The notes under the pieces: model-generated
Told to the model about the DNA's origin: nothing
The model's input: only the letters and a program-made list of their open reading frames with translations
Databases searched by the model: none
Translations under genes and position numbers: made by a program
Shown: positions 1-9,541 of the stretch, in pieces
Layout of the letters: each line of letters opens with the position of its first letter
How positions within the stretch are numbered: the stretch's first letter is position 1
Virus record (IMG/VR): IMGVR_UViG_3300021425_003554
Source of the DNA: a virus
Lineage: Duplodnaviria > Caudoviricetes
DNA length: 64,000 nucleotides
Direction: 5' to 3' (one strand)

Positions 1-1
1 T

Positions 2-490
2 GTACACAACGAGGGTAGTGAGACTCCGAATTCGGACTTCACACTGGCTGACATCAGATGTAACATCATTGAAGCGACAGCAACAACGGCTCAATACGCC
101 GACATCGCTGAAAGATTTGAAGCAGATGCAGAAATAGAAGCAGGCGCAGTAGTCATGTTGGGTGGTACAGCGGAAATCACAGAAACTAGTCAAGAATTAT
201 CAGACAGAGTTTTTGGTGTTATTTCAACTCAACCAGCATACATGATGAACAATGCGGCAGGTAGCAACGCAACTCACCCATTTGTGGCAATGACAGGTAG
301 AACTCCAGTGAGAGTTACAGGTCAAGTCAGCAAAGGTGACAGATTAGTAAGTTCATCTATCAAAGGTACTGCTAGAGCAGTAGTAGAAGGTGAAACAATC
401 AACCCATTCCACGTGATTGGTAGAGCTTTGGAAGACAAGTTCACTAATGAAATTGGTTTGGTAAATTGTGTTGTTAGAACAAACAACTAA
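2..490 (+). CDS. C-terminal part of a tail fibre/structural protein with peptidase-G2-like chaperone domain (5' end outside window)
   Basis: Frame is open from position 2; QYADIAERFEAD..GAVVMLGG..VFGVISTQPAYMMN..VAMTGRTPV..KGDRLVSS is the typical C-terminal module of T4-like fibre proteins. Confidence 0.75.
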   Translation, partial: VHNEGSETPNSDFTLADIRCNIIEATATTAQYADIAERFEADAEIEAGAVVMLGGTAEITETSQELSDRVFGVISTQPAYMMNNAAGSNATHPFVAMTGRTPVRVTGQVSKGDRLVSSSIKGTARAVVEGETINPFHVIGRALEDKFTNEIGLVNCVVRTNN

Positions 491-517
491 TAAGTAATAC
501 TAATTCCTAAGTAGTTT

Positions 518-545
518 AAAGGGCGGCCTTTGTGTCGCCCTTTTC
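518..545 (+). terminator. Rho-independent terminator
   Basis: aaagggcggc-ctttgt-gtcgcccttt hairpin followed by T tract, after the stop codon. Confidence 0.8.
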
Positions 546-644
546 ATTTATAATAACTAAATACACGTACAGTTTGGCCCACTATGTAATAGGGCTCTCG
601 AAACATATGTTTCGTGATATAAAATTATAAAAGGAGTACCTTGT

Positions 645-2825
645 ATGGCCATTGGTCGTATATCGGGGTCGGTACTGAAGTCAAACCTAACCAGGAATGG
701 CGTCGACCTTGCGTTTGAAACAAACCTATTATATCTCGACGTCACAAACAGTCGCGTAGGTATCGGTACTTCAGAACCCACAACAGCATTACAGGTAGCA
801 GGAACAATAACGTCGACGGGACTGACCGTTGACACAAACACCCTACACGTCGATTCAGCAAACAACAGGGTGGGAATCGGCACCACTTCTCCGGCATATC
901 AATTTGAAATAGAGAACACAGGATCTAATGCATTATTAGTTCTTGACAGGACTGACGGTGCGGCCTGTTTCATAGAAGGCCAGGCCACTCGTTCGGCATT
1001 TGGATCAGTGGGTGCCACGCCTCTGGCGTTGGCCTATAACAGTGCGGCGGTGGTCACGATCGGTGCCAATGGTGCCATCACAGTAAACCCAGACGGGGAT
1101 GGATATACATTTCCAACCACAGATGGTTCTGCTAATCAAGTATTGGGTACTGACGGCAATGGCAATTTATCCTTTATAAATGTTTCTTTAGATAGTCTAG
1201 ACTCGGGTGGTATACTCATAGACGATAACAAAATCACAGGACAGAGATCCAACGAGAACATCGAAATTGAAGCATCTGGAACGGGTGTGATCGAAGTCAA
1301 TTCGTCTATCGTTCCAAAAACAACATTATCAGTCAGTTTGGGATCACCCACGAAAAAATTCCAAGATGCCTACTTTGGGGCAGGCACAGTTTATATTGGT
1401 GATCAATCGATCACTTCCACTTCCAATGGACTGGTCTTTTCTAATGTGACCACAAATAGCACCACAGACGACGATACCGCTATTGTATTTTCAAAATCAG
1501 GTATACGAAGTTCGGCCAAAACGATTGATGCCTTTGATTCATCTTCATCAAACTCTGCCTTATACTTTACTGTTTACAGAGACGAGATAAATGATCAAAC
1601 TCAAATTCAAAAAATATCACTGGCACACGACAGTACCTATGCATACCATTCAACTGCTGGTGTGGTTGTTTCCGGATCAGCGGCCGGTCCAACTTTTACA
1701 TCTAATCTAAATGGCGGTTCTGTACAATTAAAAGCCACGGGAAGTTCAGAAGCCAACAGTATCACGGGATACAAAATTTCGTTGGGGACAGATTCATCTT
1801 CAGGAACTAGCGGTCATACTGCTATAATTAATGTGGGATCGGTCGTAGAATCTTTTGCTTCTATGATAGATTCGTGGTCCAATTCTTCTTACAGAGCGGC
1901 CAAATACTTTATTTCTGCAAGAAATATTGCAAACGATATAACCAACAACATAGAAGCAGTTGTGTTGCACGATGGTTCGAGTGCATATCTAAATGTTTAC
2001 AATGTTGTTAGAAGCGGCGATAATAACGACGATCTTATATCATTGTCTACTGCCATAAACGGCGGTAATGTTGAATTATCAGCACAATCAAATGCTAATG
2101 ACATCTATGTCACTATGCATAGAATTTTATTAAGCAGTGATGAAACAGCAGAAGAATATGCTAACGTTAATATTATAGACGAACAAACAATATCTTCGGC
2201 AAGTACTATCATTGACACATTTAATACGACTAAAATTACAGGTGCCTTGTACTTTGTGACGGCCAGCAACGACACGTCGGGTTATTATGCGGCCGGTGAG
2301 GCCTATGTGGTGAGTGACGGAACAGATGCTTACGTGGCGGTTGGTCCAAATCTTTCTTCGAACGATGCTTTTTCAGTAGAATACTCGGCAACACTTTCCG
2401 GAAACACTGTAAATTTCAAAGCATCGGCATCCATAGACTCGGCCACAAAGATCACTGCCTATAGGATTGGATTGTTAGAGACACAGGCCACAGGTGACTT
2501 TTCTCAAACTGTGACGCTGGATACAGCACAAAACATTACAGGCAACAAGACATTTGATAGTGCGATAAGTTTATCAGTCACCAATGATCCAACAGGAGCC
2601 ACAAATAAAGCACACATATACGCCAAAGACGAGTCAAGCAGTGCAGAAGTATTTGTGCGTGACGAAGCAGGAAACGTGACCAAGATATCTCCACACAACG
2701 AAGCGGGCGAATGGGAATATTATTCTCGAAATACAAAAACTGGTAAAGTAGTACGTGTCAATATGGAAGAAATGATACGAGATCTAGAGCAGTTAACTGG
2801 TAAAACTTACATCAAAAACGAATAG
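645..2825 (+). CDS. Tail fibre-like virion structural protein
   Basis: SD aaggag; VGIGT repeats; three IDxF/W..AxY repeats; Ser/Thr/Gly-rich. Confidence 0.7.
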   Translation: MAIGRISGSVLKSNLTRNGVDLAFETNLLYLDVTNSRVGIGTSEPTTALQVAGTITSTGLTVDTNTLHVDSANNRVGIGTTSPAYQFEIENTGSNALLVLDRTDGAACFIEGQATRSAFGSVGATPLALAYNSAAVVTIGANGAITVNPDGDGYTFPTTDGSANQVLGTDGNGNLSFINVSLDSLDSGGILIDDNKITGQRSNENIEIEASGTGVIEVNSSIVPKTTLSVSLGSPTKKFQDAYFGAGTVYIGDQSITSTSNGLVFSNVTTNSTTDDDTAIVFSKSGIRSSAKTIDAFDSSSSNSALYFTVYRDEINDQTQIQKISLAHDSTYAYHSTAGVVVSGSAAGPTFTSNLNGGSVQLKATGSSEANSITGYKISLGTDSSSGTSGHTAIINVGSVVESFASMIDSWSNSSYRAAKYFISARNIANDITNNIEAVVLHDGSSAYLNVYNVVRSGDNNDDLISLSTAINGGNVELSAQSNANDIYVTMHRILLSSDETAEEYANVNIIDEQTISSASTIIDTFNTTKITGALYFVTASNDTSGYYAAGEAYVVSDGTDAYVAVGPNLSSNDAFSVEYSATLSGNTVNFKASASIDSATKITAYRIGLLETQATGDFSQTVTLDTAQNITGNKTFDSAISLSVTNDPTGATNKAHIYAKDESSSAEVFVRDEAGNVTKISPHNEAGEWEYYSRNTKTGKVVRVNMEEMIRDLEQLTGKTYIKNE

Positions 2826-2826
2826 A

Positions 2827-2857
2827 TTGACAGATTTCCTTTTTCGTGTTATAAATA
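2827..2857 (+). promoter_or_regulatory. Composite sigma70 / T4-type late promoter
   Basis: TTGACA(2827)-17 nt-TGnTATAAA, overlapping TATAAATA(2850-2857). Confidence 0.7.
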
Positions 2858-2905
2858 TAATTGACACGACAATACACACACAAACACAAACAAAGGAGAA
2901 ATGTT

Positions 2906-3292
2906 ATGTCAACTAAAACAAGAAACGGCTATGAAATCAGAGCCGACCTATTAGGACTAGCCAAAGATATTGCTCAGTTCAACTATTCAATTAAACTTAA
3001 CGAATTTGAAATGTCATCTAAAAAAGATGGTGATCAAGTTGTGACTGAGTTTAAATTCCCAACTATCAGTGCGGAAGACATCATTGAAAACGCAAAGAAA
3101 TTCAATGAGTTCGTAACTAATGGTTCGTCTGTGGCAGAAAACACCCAGATGTTGATGGAAGGCGTGAAGAAGTTCAACGAAAACGTTCAGAATGCGTGGA
3201 AACCTGAAAATATCCAATCTAATTGGAAAAAGTACCAAGAGGATGTACAAAAACTTTCTAGTGCTTTTTTTAACGGAGTGTCTAACAAATAA
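2906..3292 (+). CDS. Hypothetical phage protein (NGYEIR motif)
   Basis: SD aaaggag precedes ATG 2906; hairpin follows the stop. Confidence 0.65.
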   Translation: MSTKTRNGYEIRADLLGLAKDIAQFNYSIKLNEFEMSSKKDGDQVVTEFKFPTISAEDIIENAKKFNEFVTNGSSVAENTQMLMEGVKKFNENVQNAWKPENIQSNWKKYQEDVQKLSSAFFNGVSNK

Positions 3293-3301
3293 TCAGTAAA
3301 A

Positions 3302-3326
3302 TACTGCTGGGTCCTGCCCAGCAGTA
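3302..3326. terminator. Hairpin terminator
   Basis: tactgctggg-tcctg-cccagcagta perfect 10-bp stem. Confidence 0.65.
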
Positions 3327-3339
3327 TACTTTTCATTTC

Positions 3340-3558
3340 ATGAAACAGTTTTTATTGATCGCGTTGTTTATAACCTTTGTAGGATGTACAGGAGTAAACG
3401 ACTGCCGAGTTTCTCCCACAGTTAGTATCGAACAAAAAAAAGAAGTATCTTCTGAACAATCAGATAAAGAAAAAACAAGTAATCAATCACCCACGGAACT
3501 AATAAAAGACAGTATTGAAAATGCTCAACCGGGCGGTCAATTGAAATGTTCTTTTTAG
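3340..3558 (+). CDS. Putative lipoprotein
   Basis: MK + hydrophobic stretch + FVGC lipobox-like motif. Confidence 0.55.
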   Translation: MKQFLLIALFITFVGCTGVNDCRVSPTVSIEQKKEVSSEQSDKEKTSNQSPTELIKDSIENAQPGGQLKCSF

Positions 3559-3986
3559 ACTCTTTTTCTATTTTCTAGATGTGCTTGTTCCACAAGCGAT
3601 TTATTTTGACCGTAATAAGGAACTGCGTGTCCCACATCACACATTAGTTGGTTGACTGATTTACCGTCACACCACACGTCGCCAAGTATTCGACCAAATT
3701 TACCTGTTTCAGAACTTTTGTAAGTTTTAATTGTAATTTTTTTTGCTTTTTTAATTTGTTCTTGTAAAAATTTTTTGGATTTTAAACCGTATTTCTTTTC
3801 TTCTTTGTCTCTGGTCCTTGATTCTGGAGTATCTATGCCAAATAGTCTAACTCTTTGAGCAAACAATATATCAAAACCCATGTCTAACACTACGTCAATA
3901 GTATCTCCGTCCACAACTTTTGTGACTCTTTTAACTCTGTAACTGAAATCTGTTGGATCTCCCAACTTTGGTGCTTTTGTTGGCAT
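3555..3986 (-). CDS. Staphylococcal nuclease (SNase/thermonuclease)-like protein
   Basis: VVDGDTIDV, VRLFGIDTPE and GKFGRILG motifs; start coupled to the upstream stop (TAATG). Confidence 0.85.
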   Translation of the reverse strand: MPTKAPKLGDPTDFSYRVKRVTKVVDGDTIDVVLDMGFDILFAQRVRLFGIDTPESRTRDKEEKKYGLKSKKFLQEQIKKAKKITIKTYKSSETGKFGRILGDVWCDGKSVNQLMCDVGHAVPYYGQNKSLVEQAHLENRKRV

Positions 3987-4129
3987 TATAAATTTCCTTC
4001 CCACTTGCCGTATCGAGTGCTTTTCTTTTTTTTCTTTTTCTTTTTCTTTTTATTAGAAGAACGATTATCCTCAAAACTCATGATATTTTGTACAGATCTA
4101 TCTAACATTTTTTTGATAAAATTAATCAT
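3986..4129 (-). CDS. Unannotated 47-aa basic protein with a run of 10 Lys
   Basis: MINFIKKMLDRSVQNIMSFEDNRSSNKKKKKKKKKKSTRYGKWEGNL*; TAAATA 6 nt upstream; stop overlaps the SNase ATG. Confidence 0.55.
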   Translation of the reverse strand: MINFIKKMLDRSVQNIMSFEDNRSSNKKKKKKKKKKSTRYGKWEGNL

Positions 4130-4146
4130 ACAATCTATTTATTGTT

Positions 4147-4575
4147 TTAAACAATAAGGTCTAAAATTGTTTGTAATTTACCTTTGATTGCTTTGTTGTT
4201 CAAGGTGTTTCTTAGACCCGCATGAAGATTCTTTGGCCAGTATTCAAAAGCACACCAGGCATAGGAGTTGTGTTCGTGATTAAGTTTTGGTAAAAACTCA
4301 TCTGCTATGGCTATCACGAATGTATTAAAGAAAAATTTCTGATCGTTCGAGGTGAATAATTCCAGGGGTATGACTTTTTTGAATTGAGGTAATGCTCCGA
4401 CTTCTTCCTCAATTTCTCTTTTTAACCCCTCAAAAACCATTTCATAAGATTTGGCTCTACCACCAACAAGTCCCCATTGTCCTTTGGTTTTACTATCGTT
4501 TCTTTGTAAAAATAAAAAACGTTTGGTGTTGACGGCATAAAATAATGCACCAGAACATACAATATTATCTTGCAT
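4147..4575 (-). CDS. NUDIX hydrolase
   Basis: Nudix box GGRAKSYEMVFEGLKREIEEEVG. Confidence 0.85.
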   Translation of the reverse strand: MQDNIVCSGALFYAVNTKRFLFLQRNDSKTKGQWGLVGGRAKSYEMVFEGLKREIEEEVGALPQFKKVIPLELFTSNDQKFFFNTFVIAIADEFLPKLNHEHNSYAWCAFEYWPKNLHAGLRNTLNNKAIKGKLQTILDLIV

Positions 4576-4583
4576 AATTTATA

Positions 4584-5963
4584 TTATAACACAATGGTCC
4601 ACTTGCCGCCAAGATAAATTCCTTCATAACTTTTTACCCAAGCAATACCATTGAATTTGTATTGTATGCCTGTGTTTAGATTGGTAACATATTCAACTGT
4701 GGAATCAAAAGCAGAAGCGTCCCATACAATAGACCATCTATCTGTGGCACTATCATATTGTATGATATCATTAACCGAGGCGTTGAGACCACCTTTCCAA
4801 TAATCGGTGCTGTCTCCGATCTCGTCTGTGATCAAATATCTTGTGCCATCTACCGGAGGATCTGTGGGATCAAAAGTTAATGGATTGATAATTTTGTTGA
4901 CCGATGGTATTGTGTTAGCAGGAATAGTATCTGTGTCGATATTAAAAATCAAGATGGTATCATCTAAAGACGATGTAGATATAGTACCACACACTTCATT
5001 ACCGTTTTCCTGAGTAAGTTTAATTTGTGTTATGCCATTTGTTATTTTTCCATATTGATTTAGCAAGACGTTCCAGTTAATTGCAGGACCAAATGTTGTA
5101 AAAGGATCTAACTCGTTTGCTCTTGCACCTGTATAAAATCCGTCGCCGCCCGATGATACGCTAGTACCTGTTGACCCAAGCAGACTCAATTGATTACCTC
5201 TCACCAATAGTTTAAAATTATTTGGGGTAATATAACTTTTTGTCAATAGTGTTCCGTCGATCAATCCTTTGTTGATTCCTCCGTTATCGTCATACATACT
5301 CATTATTATTTTTTGTACCACTCCTAATTTAGAAACTTTAACAGGAGGAGATAACCAAATTGGCATAGAAAATGTCATTTGTGCGACATCAATTTCTGAT
5401 TCCGTTCCAACTGGAATTGTTCTGGATGAAAAAGTAGTATTAACCAATTCCACATAACTCAAACTGGTCCAATCGATATAGTTGTCAGATTTTTGTATTT
5501 CAAAATCTGGATTGAACAGATATAAAATCTGTTCCATTATCTGTAATTTCATATCTGTGTTTGTGGTAAAAATATCAGCCGCTACATTCAGTCTAAAAGG
5601 CGAAGGCATCGCTTTATGAACAGTATATCCTTGGCCTAAAGTAGAGGTATAATTTCCATCTGCACCGATATCTCTTTCTTGTAGATGTTGTTTTTCGATA
5701 TGATAGGGATTCTGCATTCTTTCTCTGTCATATTCGAGTCCTGTGATGTACGCAGAAATTTTAGGTGCTGATACCAATGTGTTTTCCGAATTGTTTTTTA
5801 GAATATTTGCAACCTGTCTGGTGATGTCTCCATAAGACACAGGTACCTGTCTTAAAATTTGATTTCCGGCACCATCCTTGCCCATGTCAATTGAAAAATT
5901 ACTTAAAATTCTCACAAATTGAGTAAGAAATTTTCTTATCTGACCATCATAAAAATGTAACAT
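4584..5963 (-). CDS. Tail terminator / sheath stabiliser (T4 gp15-like) with C-terminal extension
   Basis: HFYDGQIRKFL..F, VPVSYG, QIMEQILYLFNP motifs; next to neck genes. Confidence 0.7.
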   Translation of the reverse strand: MLHFYDGQIRKFLTQFVRILSNFSIDMGKDGAGNQILRQVPVSYGDITRQVANILKNNSENTLVSAPKISAYITGLEYDRERMQNPYHIEKQHLQERDIGADGNYTSTLGQGYTVHKAMPSPFRLNVAADIFTTNTDMKLQIMEQILYLFNPDFEIQKSDNYIDWTSLSYVELVNTTFSSRTIPVGTESEIDVAQMTFSMPIWLSPPVKVSKLGVVQKIIMSMYDDNGGINKGLIDGTLLTKSYITPNNFKLLVRGNQLSLLGSTGTSVSSGGDGFYTGARANELDPFTTFGPAINWNVLLNQYGKITNGITQIKLTQENGNEVCGTISTSSLDDTILIFNIDTDTIPANTIPSVNKIINPLTFDPTDPPVDGTRYLITDEIGDSTDYWKGGLNASVNDIIQYDSATDRWSIVWDASAFDSTVEYVTNLNTGIQYKFNGIAWVKSYEGIYLGGKWTIVL

Positions 5964-5964
5964 C

Positions 5965-7404
5965 TTAATTGTCCGCCTGTGGTGTCAAAGCACCGGTTAA
6001 ACTTTGATTTTGTTTGACTCTGTTGTTATAAAGCCTAACACTCCATAAACCACTGTAAGATATTTTTTCTTGTACACTGTTTATCACCGGAAGACTAATT
6101 TTAACTTTTGTTGTGCTTGTCGAATCTATGTAACTAGAAAGCATTGACGTATATGTTGCTGTGGCATAGGGAATTTCTAAACCTTCATATCTTAAAACAA
6201 TATAATTGGCATTAGATGAATCAGAATCCCAATCTATATTTGTATAAATTGCGGTGTCGTCTTTGAGTAAGTTGACAAAATCAGAACCAACTCCTCGATT
6301 GTATGTATAAGCAGTGTTGTTTGCAAAGGCAGTTTTAAATGTGTTCCTTGCATTATTATTTGTAGTTGTCATACGCACACTGTCTTCTACTTTCACCCAT
6401 CTTGTGCCATCGAATCTAAATAATCTGTTAGGCAAATAGTCCAAACGTAAACAATAATCACCTTTTGCTACATTTTCAACTGGAAATTTAATACCACTTG
6501 TCATTTCAAATCCATTAGGCGGAACACCGTCGCCATTATAATAAAATCCATAGTGTCCGGATGCTGGAGTATCAATAACTGCATTTGTTGTTTTGTTGAC
6601 ATTGTTAACATTAGAAGAGGAATTGACGCTATCTGTTCTTATATTACCTCGTTCGTCTATCGGTGCAACATAATATTGTTTGTAGTTAAAGCCGGCCTTC
6701 GGAGCATCTGCCTCGGCCTGGGCGACCACCGCTTCATTGATTTCTAATTCTTTCTGATATGTACTCATGTATTTTGAGAGTTTGTTATCAGTACCTTCAA
6801 CTTTCTTGTCAAGTATTTCTTTGTATTCTTGCGAATCAACAATGGTTTTCAATTTTAATCTCAATAGATGAGGCCACCAAGTTTGCGAAAATCCTTCAGC
6901 GGCTCTATTAACATCTTCAATGACGTAAAATCTTTTAAGTGCGATCGCTATTTGATCTGCATATGAGTTATTTTGAAGTGGGAAATCGTCCTTCATATGA
7001 GGTAATTCTATAACATCACCTGCCATTGGTTTTCTTCCAATTCGTTCCACAATATCGTTGAGATGCACAGTCATAAAAACAGTGTCGTTTTGTAGGAACA
7101 TTCCAAATTGTGATAAGTTAAAATCAACGTCTTGTACATTGTAAATGCCTCTCACTATATAAACGTCTTCTGAATATTTTCTATTTCTGTTTTCTAAAAA
7201 TAGTAAGTCTTCAATATTGGTTTCACTCAAAACATCGTACTGTTTTACATCTGCAGTCGCATCGTTTTCTGTGGGATTTTTTGTACCTAGATATTTGTGT
7301 AGATATATGTCGGTACCTCCAACCGTAAACATTTCACGTATATTTCGGTCAAAAAACTTGTAATCGTTGCCTTTTTCTGGCTTGTATATAGATAGTCTCG
7401 GCAT
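5965..7404 (-). CDS. Neck / head-closure protein (gp14-like)
   Basis: MPRLSIYKPEKGNDYKFFD, EDLLFLENRNRKY, LSQFGMFLQND, PMAGDVIELPH motifs; context. Confidence 0.55.
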   Translation of the reverse strand: MPRLSIYKPEKGNDYKFFDRNIREMFTVGGTDIYLHKYLGTKNPTENDATADVKQYDVLSETNIEDLLFLENRNRKYSEDVYIVRGIYNVQDVDFNLSQFGMFLQNDTVFMTVHLNDIVERIGRKPMAGDVIELPHMKDDFPLQNNSYADQIAIALKRFYVIEDVNRAAEGFSQTWWPHLLRLKLKTIVDSQEYKEILDKKVEGTDNKLSKYMSTYQKELEINEAVVAQAEADAPKAGFNYKQYYVAPIDERGNIRTDSVNSSSNVNNVNKTTNAVIDTPASGHYGFYYNGDGVPPNGFEMTSGIKFPVENVAKGDYCLRLDYLPNRLFRFDGTRWVKVEDSVRMTTTNNNARNTFKTAFANNTAYTYNRGVGSDFVNLLKDDTAIYTNIDWDSDSSNANYIVLRYEGLEIPYATATYTSMLSSYIDSTSTTKVKISLPVINSVQEKISYSGLWSVRLYNNRVKQNQSLTGALTPQADN

Positions 7405-7412
7405 ATCATACA

Positions 7413-7443
7413 TATTTATTGTTTATTGACTCTACGGTAAATA
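7413..7443. promoter_or_regulatory. Back-to-back late promoters
   Basis: TATTTA (7413-7418, minus-strand TAAATA) and TAAATA (7438-7443) between divergent neck genes. Confidence 0.6.
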
Positions 7444-7448
7444 CGTAT

Positions 7449-8210
7449 ATGTCAGAACTACAAAACGGTCAACAAGAAATATTTGATTATGTCAAAACCT
7501 TATTAGGTGATGGCATGATTGAGGTGGAATTAGACCCAAAACACTATGAAATAGCACTCGAAAGAGCCATAAACAGGTATAGACAACGATCGTCAAATGC
7601 TGTGGAAGAATCTTATGCTTTTTTGACACTAAAAAAAGATCAAAACAAATATGTATTACCAGACGAAATTATTAATGTGAGACAGATCATGAGACGTTCG
7701 GTTGGATCTAGAACCGAGGGCGGTCAAGGTGGTACATTGTTCGAACCATTCAACCTTGCATACACAAACACATATCTTCTAAAGGCAGGAGCGGCCGGGG
7801 GACTTGCGACTTACTATGCCTTTGCGAGTTATCAAGAGTTAGTAGGAAAAATGTTTGGCTCATTTATTCAACATCATTATGATGTGGCAACAAAAACATT
7901 AACAATTACTCAAAGACCTAGAAACAACGACGAAACTGTTGCTCTGCACACAGATAATTATAGACCAGATATTACACTATTCAAAGATATCTATTCTAAA
8001 CCATGGATTAGAGATTATACATTGGCAATATGCAAGACCATGCTCGGAGAAGCAAGAGGTAAATTTAATACTATCGCAGGTCCACAAGGCGGAACAACTT
8101 TAAACGGTGACGCACTTAAACAAGAAGGTGTTGCTGAAATGGAAAAATTAGATCAAGAAATAAACAATTATCAAGAAGGTGGCTCACCTTATAGTTTTGT
8201 CATAGGCTAA
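7449..8210 (+). CDS. Neck protein (gp13-like)
   Basis: LLGDGMIEVELDPKHY..A..RYRQRSSNAVEE; WIRDYTLA..K..LGEARGKF..IAGPQGG. Confidence 0.75.
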   Translation: MSELQNGQQEIFDYVKTLLGDGMIEVELDPKHYEIALERAINRYRQRSSNAVEESYAFLTLKKDQNKYVLPDEIINVRQIMRRSVGSRTEGGQGGTLFEPFNLAYTNTYLLKAGAAGGLATYYAFASYQELVGKMFGSFIQHHYDVATKTLTITQRPRNNDETVALHTDNYRPDITLFKDIYSKPWIRDYTLAICKTMLGEARGKFNTIAGPQGGTTLNGDALKQEGVAEMEKLDQEINNYQEGGSPYSFVIG

Positions 8211-8281
8211 TATTATCAGATAATTTCTTTGTATCAACAGTTAAATACATTCAAATATCAGGCAAAGAAAGGCACATAATT

Positions 8282-8461
8282 ATGGCAAAAAATAAAAACT
8301 TTTCAAAACTATCATCATTGTCGTTCAGACAACTCAAACAACTTACTATTGGATTTGAAATCTTGTTAAAAGCAGGACCAAACTGGAAAATCACTCGTCA
8401 TATGTTATCAGCAGTGACAGAAATAAAAAAAGAACTTGAAAAAAGAATAAAAAACTGTTAA
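8282..8461 (+). CDS. Unannotated 59-aa hypothetical protein
   Basis: Open frame MAKNKNFSKLSSLSFRQLKQL...KRIKNC*, with purine-rich upstream aaagaaagg; fills the gap between genes. Confidence 0.55.
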   Translation: MAKNKNFSKLSSLSFRQLKQLTIGFEILLKAGPNWKITRHMLSAVTEIKKELEKRIKNC

Positions 8462-8471
8462 TATAGTTTTT

Positions 8472-9110
8472 ATGTTAATTGGTTTAGTCGGCCTAATAGG
8501 TTCTGGTAAAGATACAGTGGCAAATAGAATGGTCACTCATCACAATTTTGTGAGAGATTCTTTTGCAAAATCATTAAAAGATGCTGTTTCTAACATATTC
8601 GGGTGGGATAGAAAAATGCTCGAAGGAGATACAAAAGAATCTCGAGCATGGAGGGAGAAACCCGATCACTTTTGGAGTGAGAAATTTAACAAAGAAACAA
8701 CACCTAGAGAAATTTTACAATATTTTGGTACTGAAGTATGTAGAGGACATATGTTAGATACTATATGGGTCGATAGTTGTATGGCCAGATACAAAGGAAA
8801 TGCCACTGTTATTTCTGATACTAGATTCATTAATGAAATAAGAACAATCAAAAAAAACGGCGGAAAAATAATTTTAGTAAAAAGGGGAAAACTACCTACC
8901 AAGGAAGAAATGAAGTCTAACGGTATACATCGATCTGAGTGGGACTGGATTGACGAATCTTTTGATCATGTTATTGATAATTCCGGAACCCTAGAAGAAT
9001 TAAATGATAATGTGGATAATTTAATTAATAGCATTAATCGAAGGCAGGGAAGATTCACTATTAAAGAAATAGTAGATGCCACTAATGATCTACTTCGAGA
9101 TCACCGATAG
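8472..9110 (+). CDS. Deoxynucleoside monophosphate kinase (T4 gp1-like)
   Basis: IGLVGLIGSGKDTVA P-loop; TPREILQYFGTEVCR; ISDTRFINE. Confidence 0.9.
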   Translation: MLIGLVGLIGSGKDTVANRMVTHHNFVRDSFAKSLKDAVSNIFGWDRKMLEGDTKESRAWREKPDHFWSEKFNKETTPREILQYFGTEVCRGHMLDTIWVDSCMARYKGNATVISDTRFINEIRTIKKNGGKIILVKRGKLPTKEEMKSNGIHRSEWDWIDESFDHVIDNSGTLEELNDNVDNLINSINRRQGRFTIKEIVDATNDLLRDHR

Positions 9111-9432
9111 ACCATCCCAATTCTTGGGTACTCTTTAAACGCTGACAATTGGCACATATAGTCTTTAAATTGTACTCAGATACATTATTTAGGTTTCCGT
9201 CTACATGATACACATCAAGTTGCTCTTTAACTGATGCCTTAAATCCACATAACTCACACCTTCTTTTTTTAGTGTATCCTGCTAATTGCCACTTGGTAAA
9301 TTTATCAGTTGTTAAATTCTTTTTTTTACGTATACAACTATCACACTCAGATCTCCAATATATTTTAGTACCTTTTCTGTAGCCGTATGATCTGGGTTTG
9401 ATATTACAGGTTTTACAAAGTGGACGTTTCAT
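9082..9432 (-). CDS. HNH-like zinc-binding protein
   Basis: CxxC pairs; CELCGF..DVYHVDGN..N..NLKTICANC. Confidence 0.6.
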   Translation of the reverse strand: MKRPLCKTCNIKPRSYGYRKGTKIYWRSECDSCIRKKKNLTTDKFTKWQLAGYTKKRRCELCGFKASVKEQLDVYHVDGNLNNVSEYNLKTICANCQRLKSTQELGWSIGDLEVDH

Positions 9433-9541
9433 ATTGTATATTTACGTTCCCTATATAGGTACCTTTATTTCGTGTAGTTTTAAACGTTTTTAACTAAAAA
9501 CCAATAAATACATTCAGTTACACTTGCAAGGAGAACAAAAT

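Noticed and set aside
9450-9464. cctatatagg / ggtacc palindromes between the HNH-like and sheath genes
   Set aside because: Short, single occurrence, and plausible by chance.
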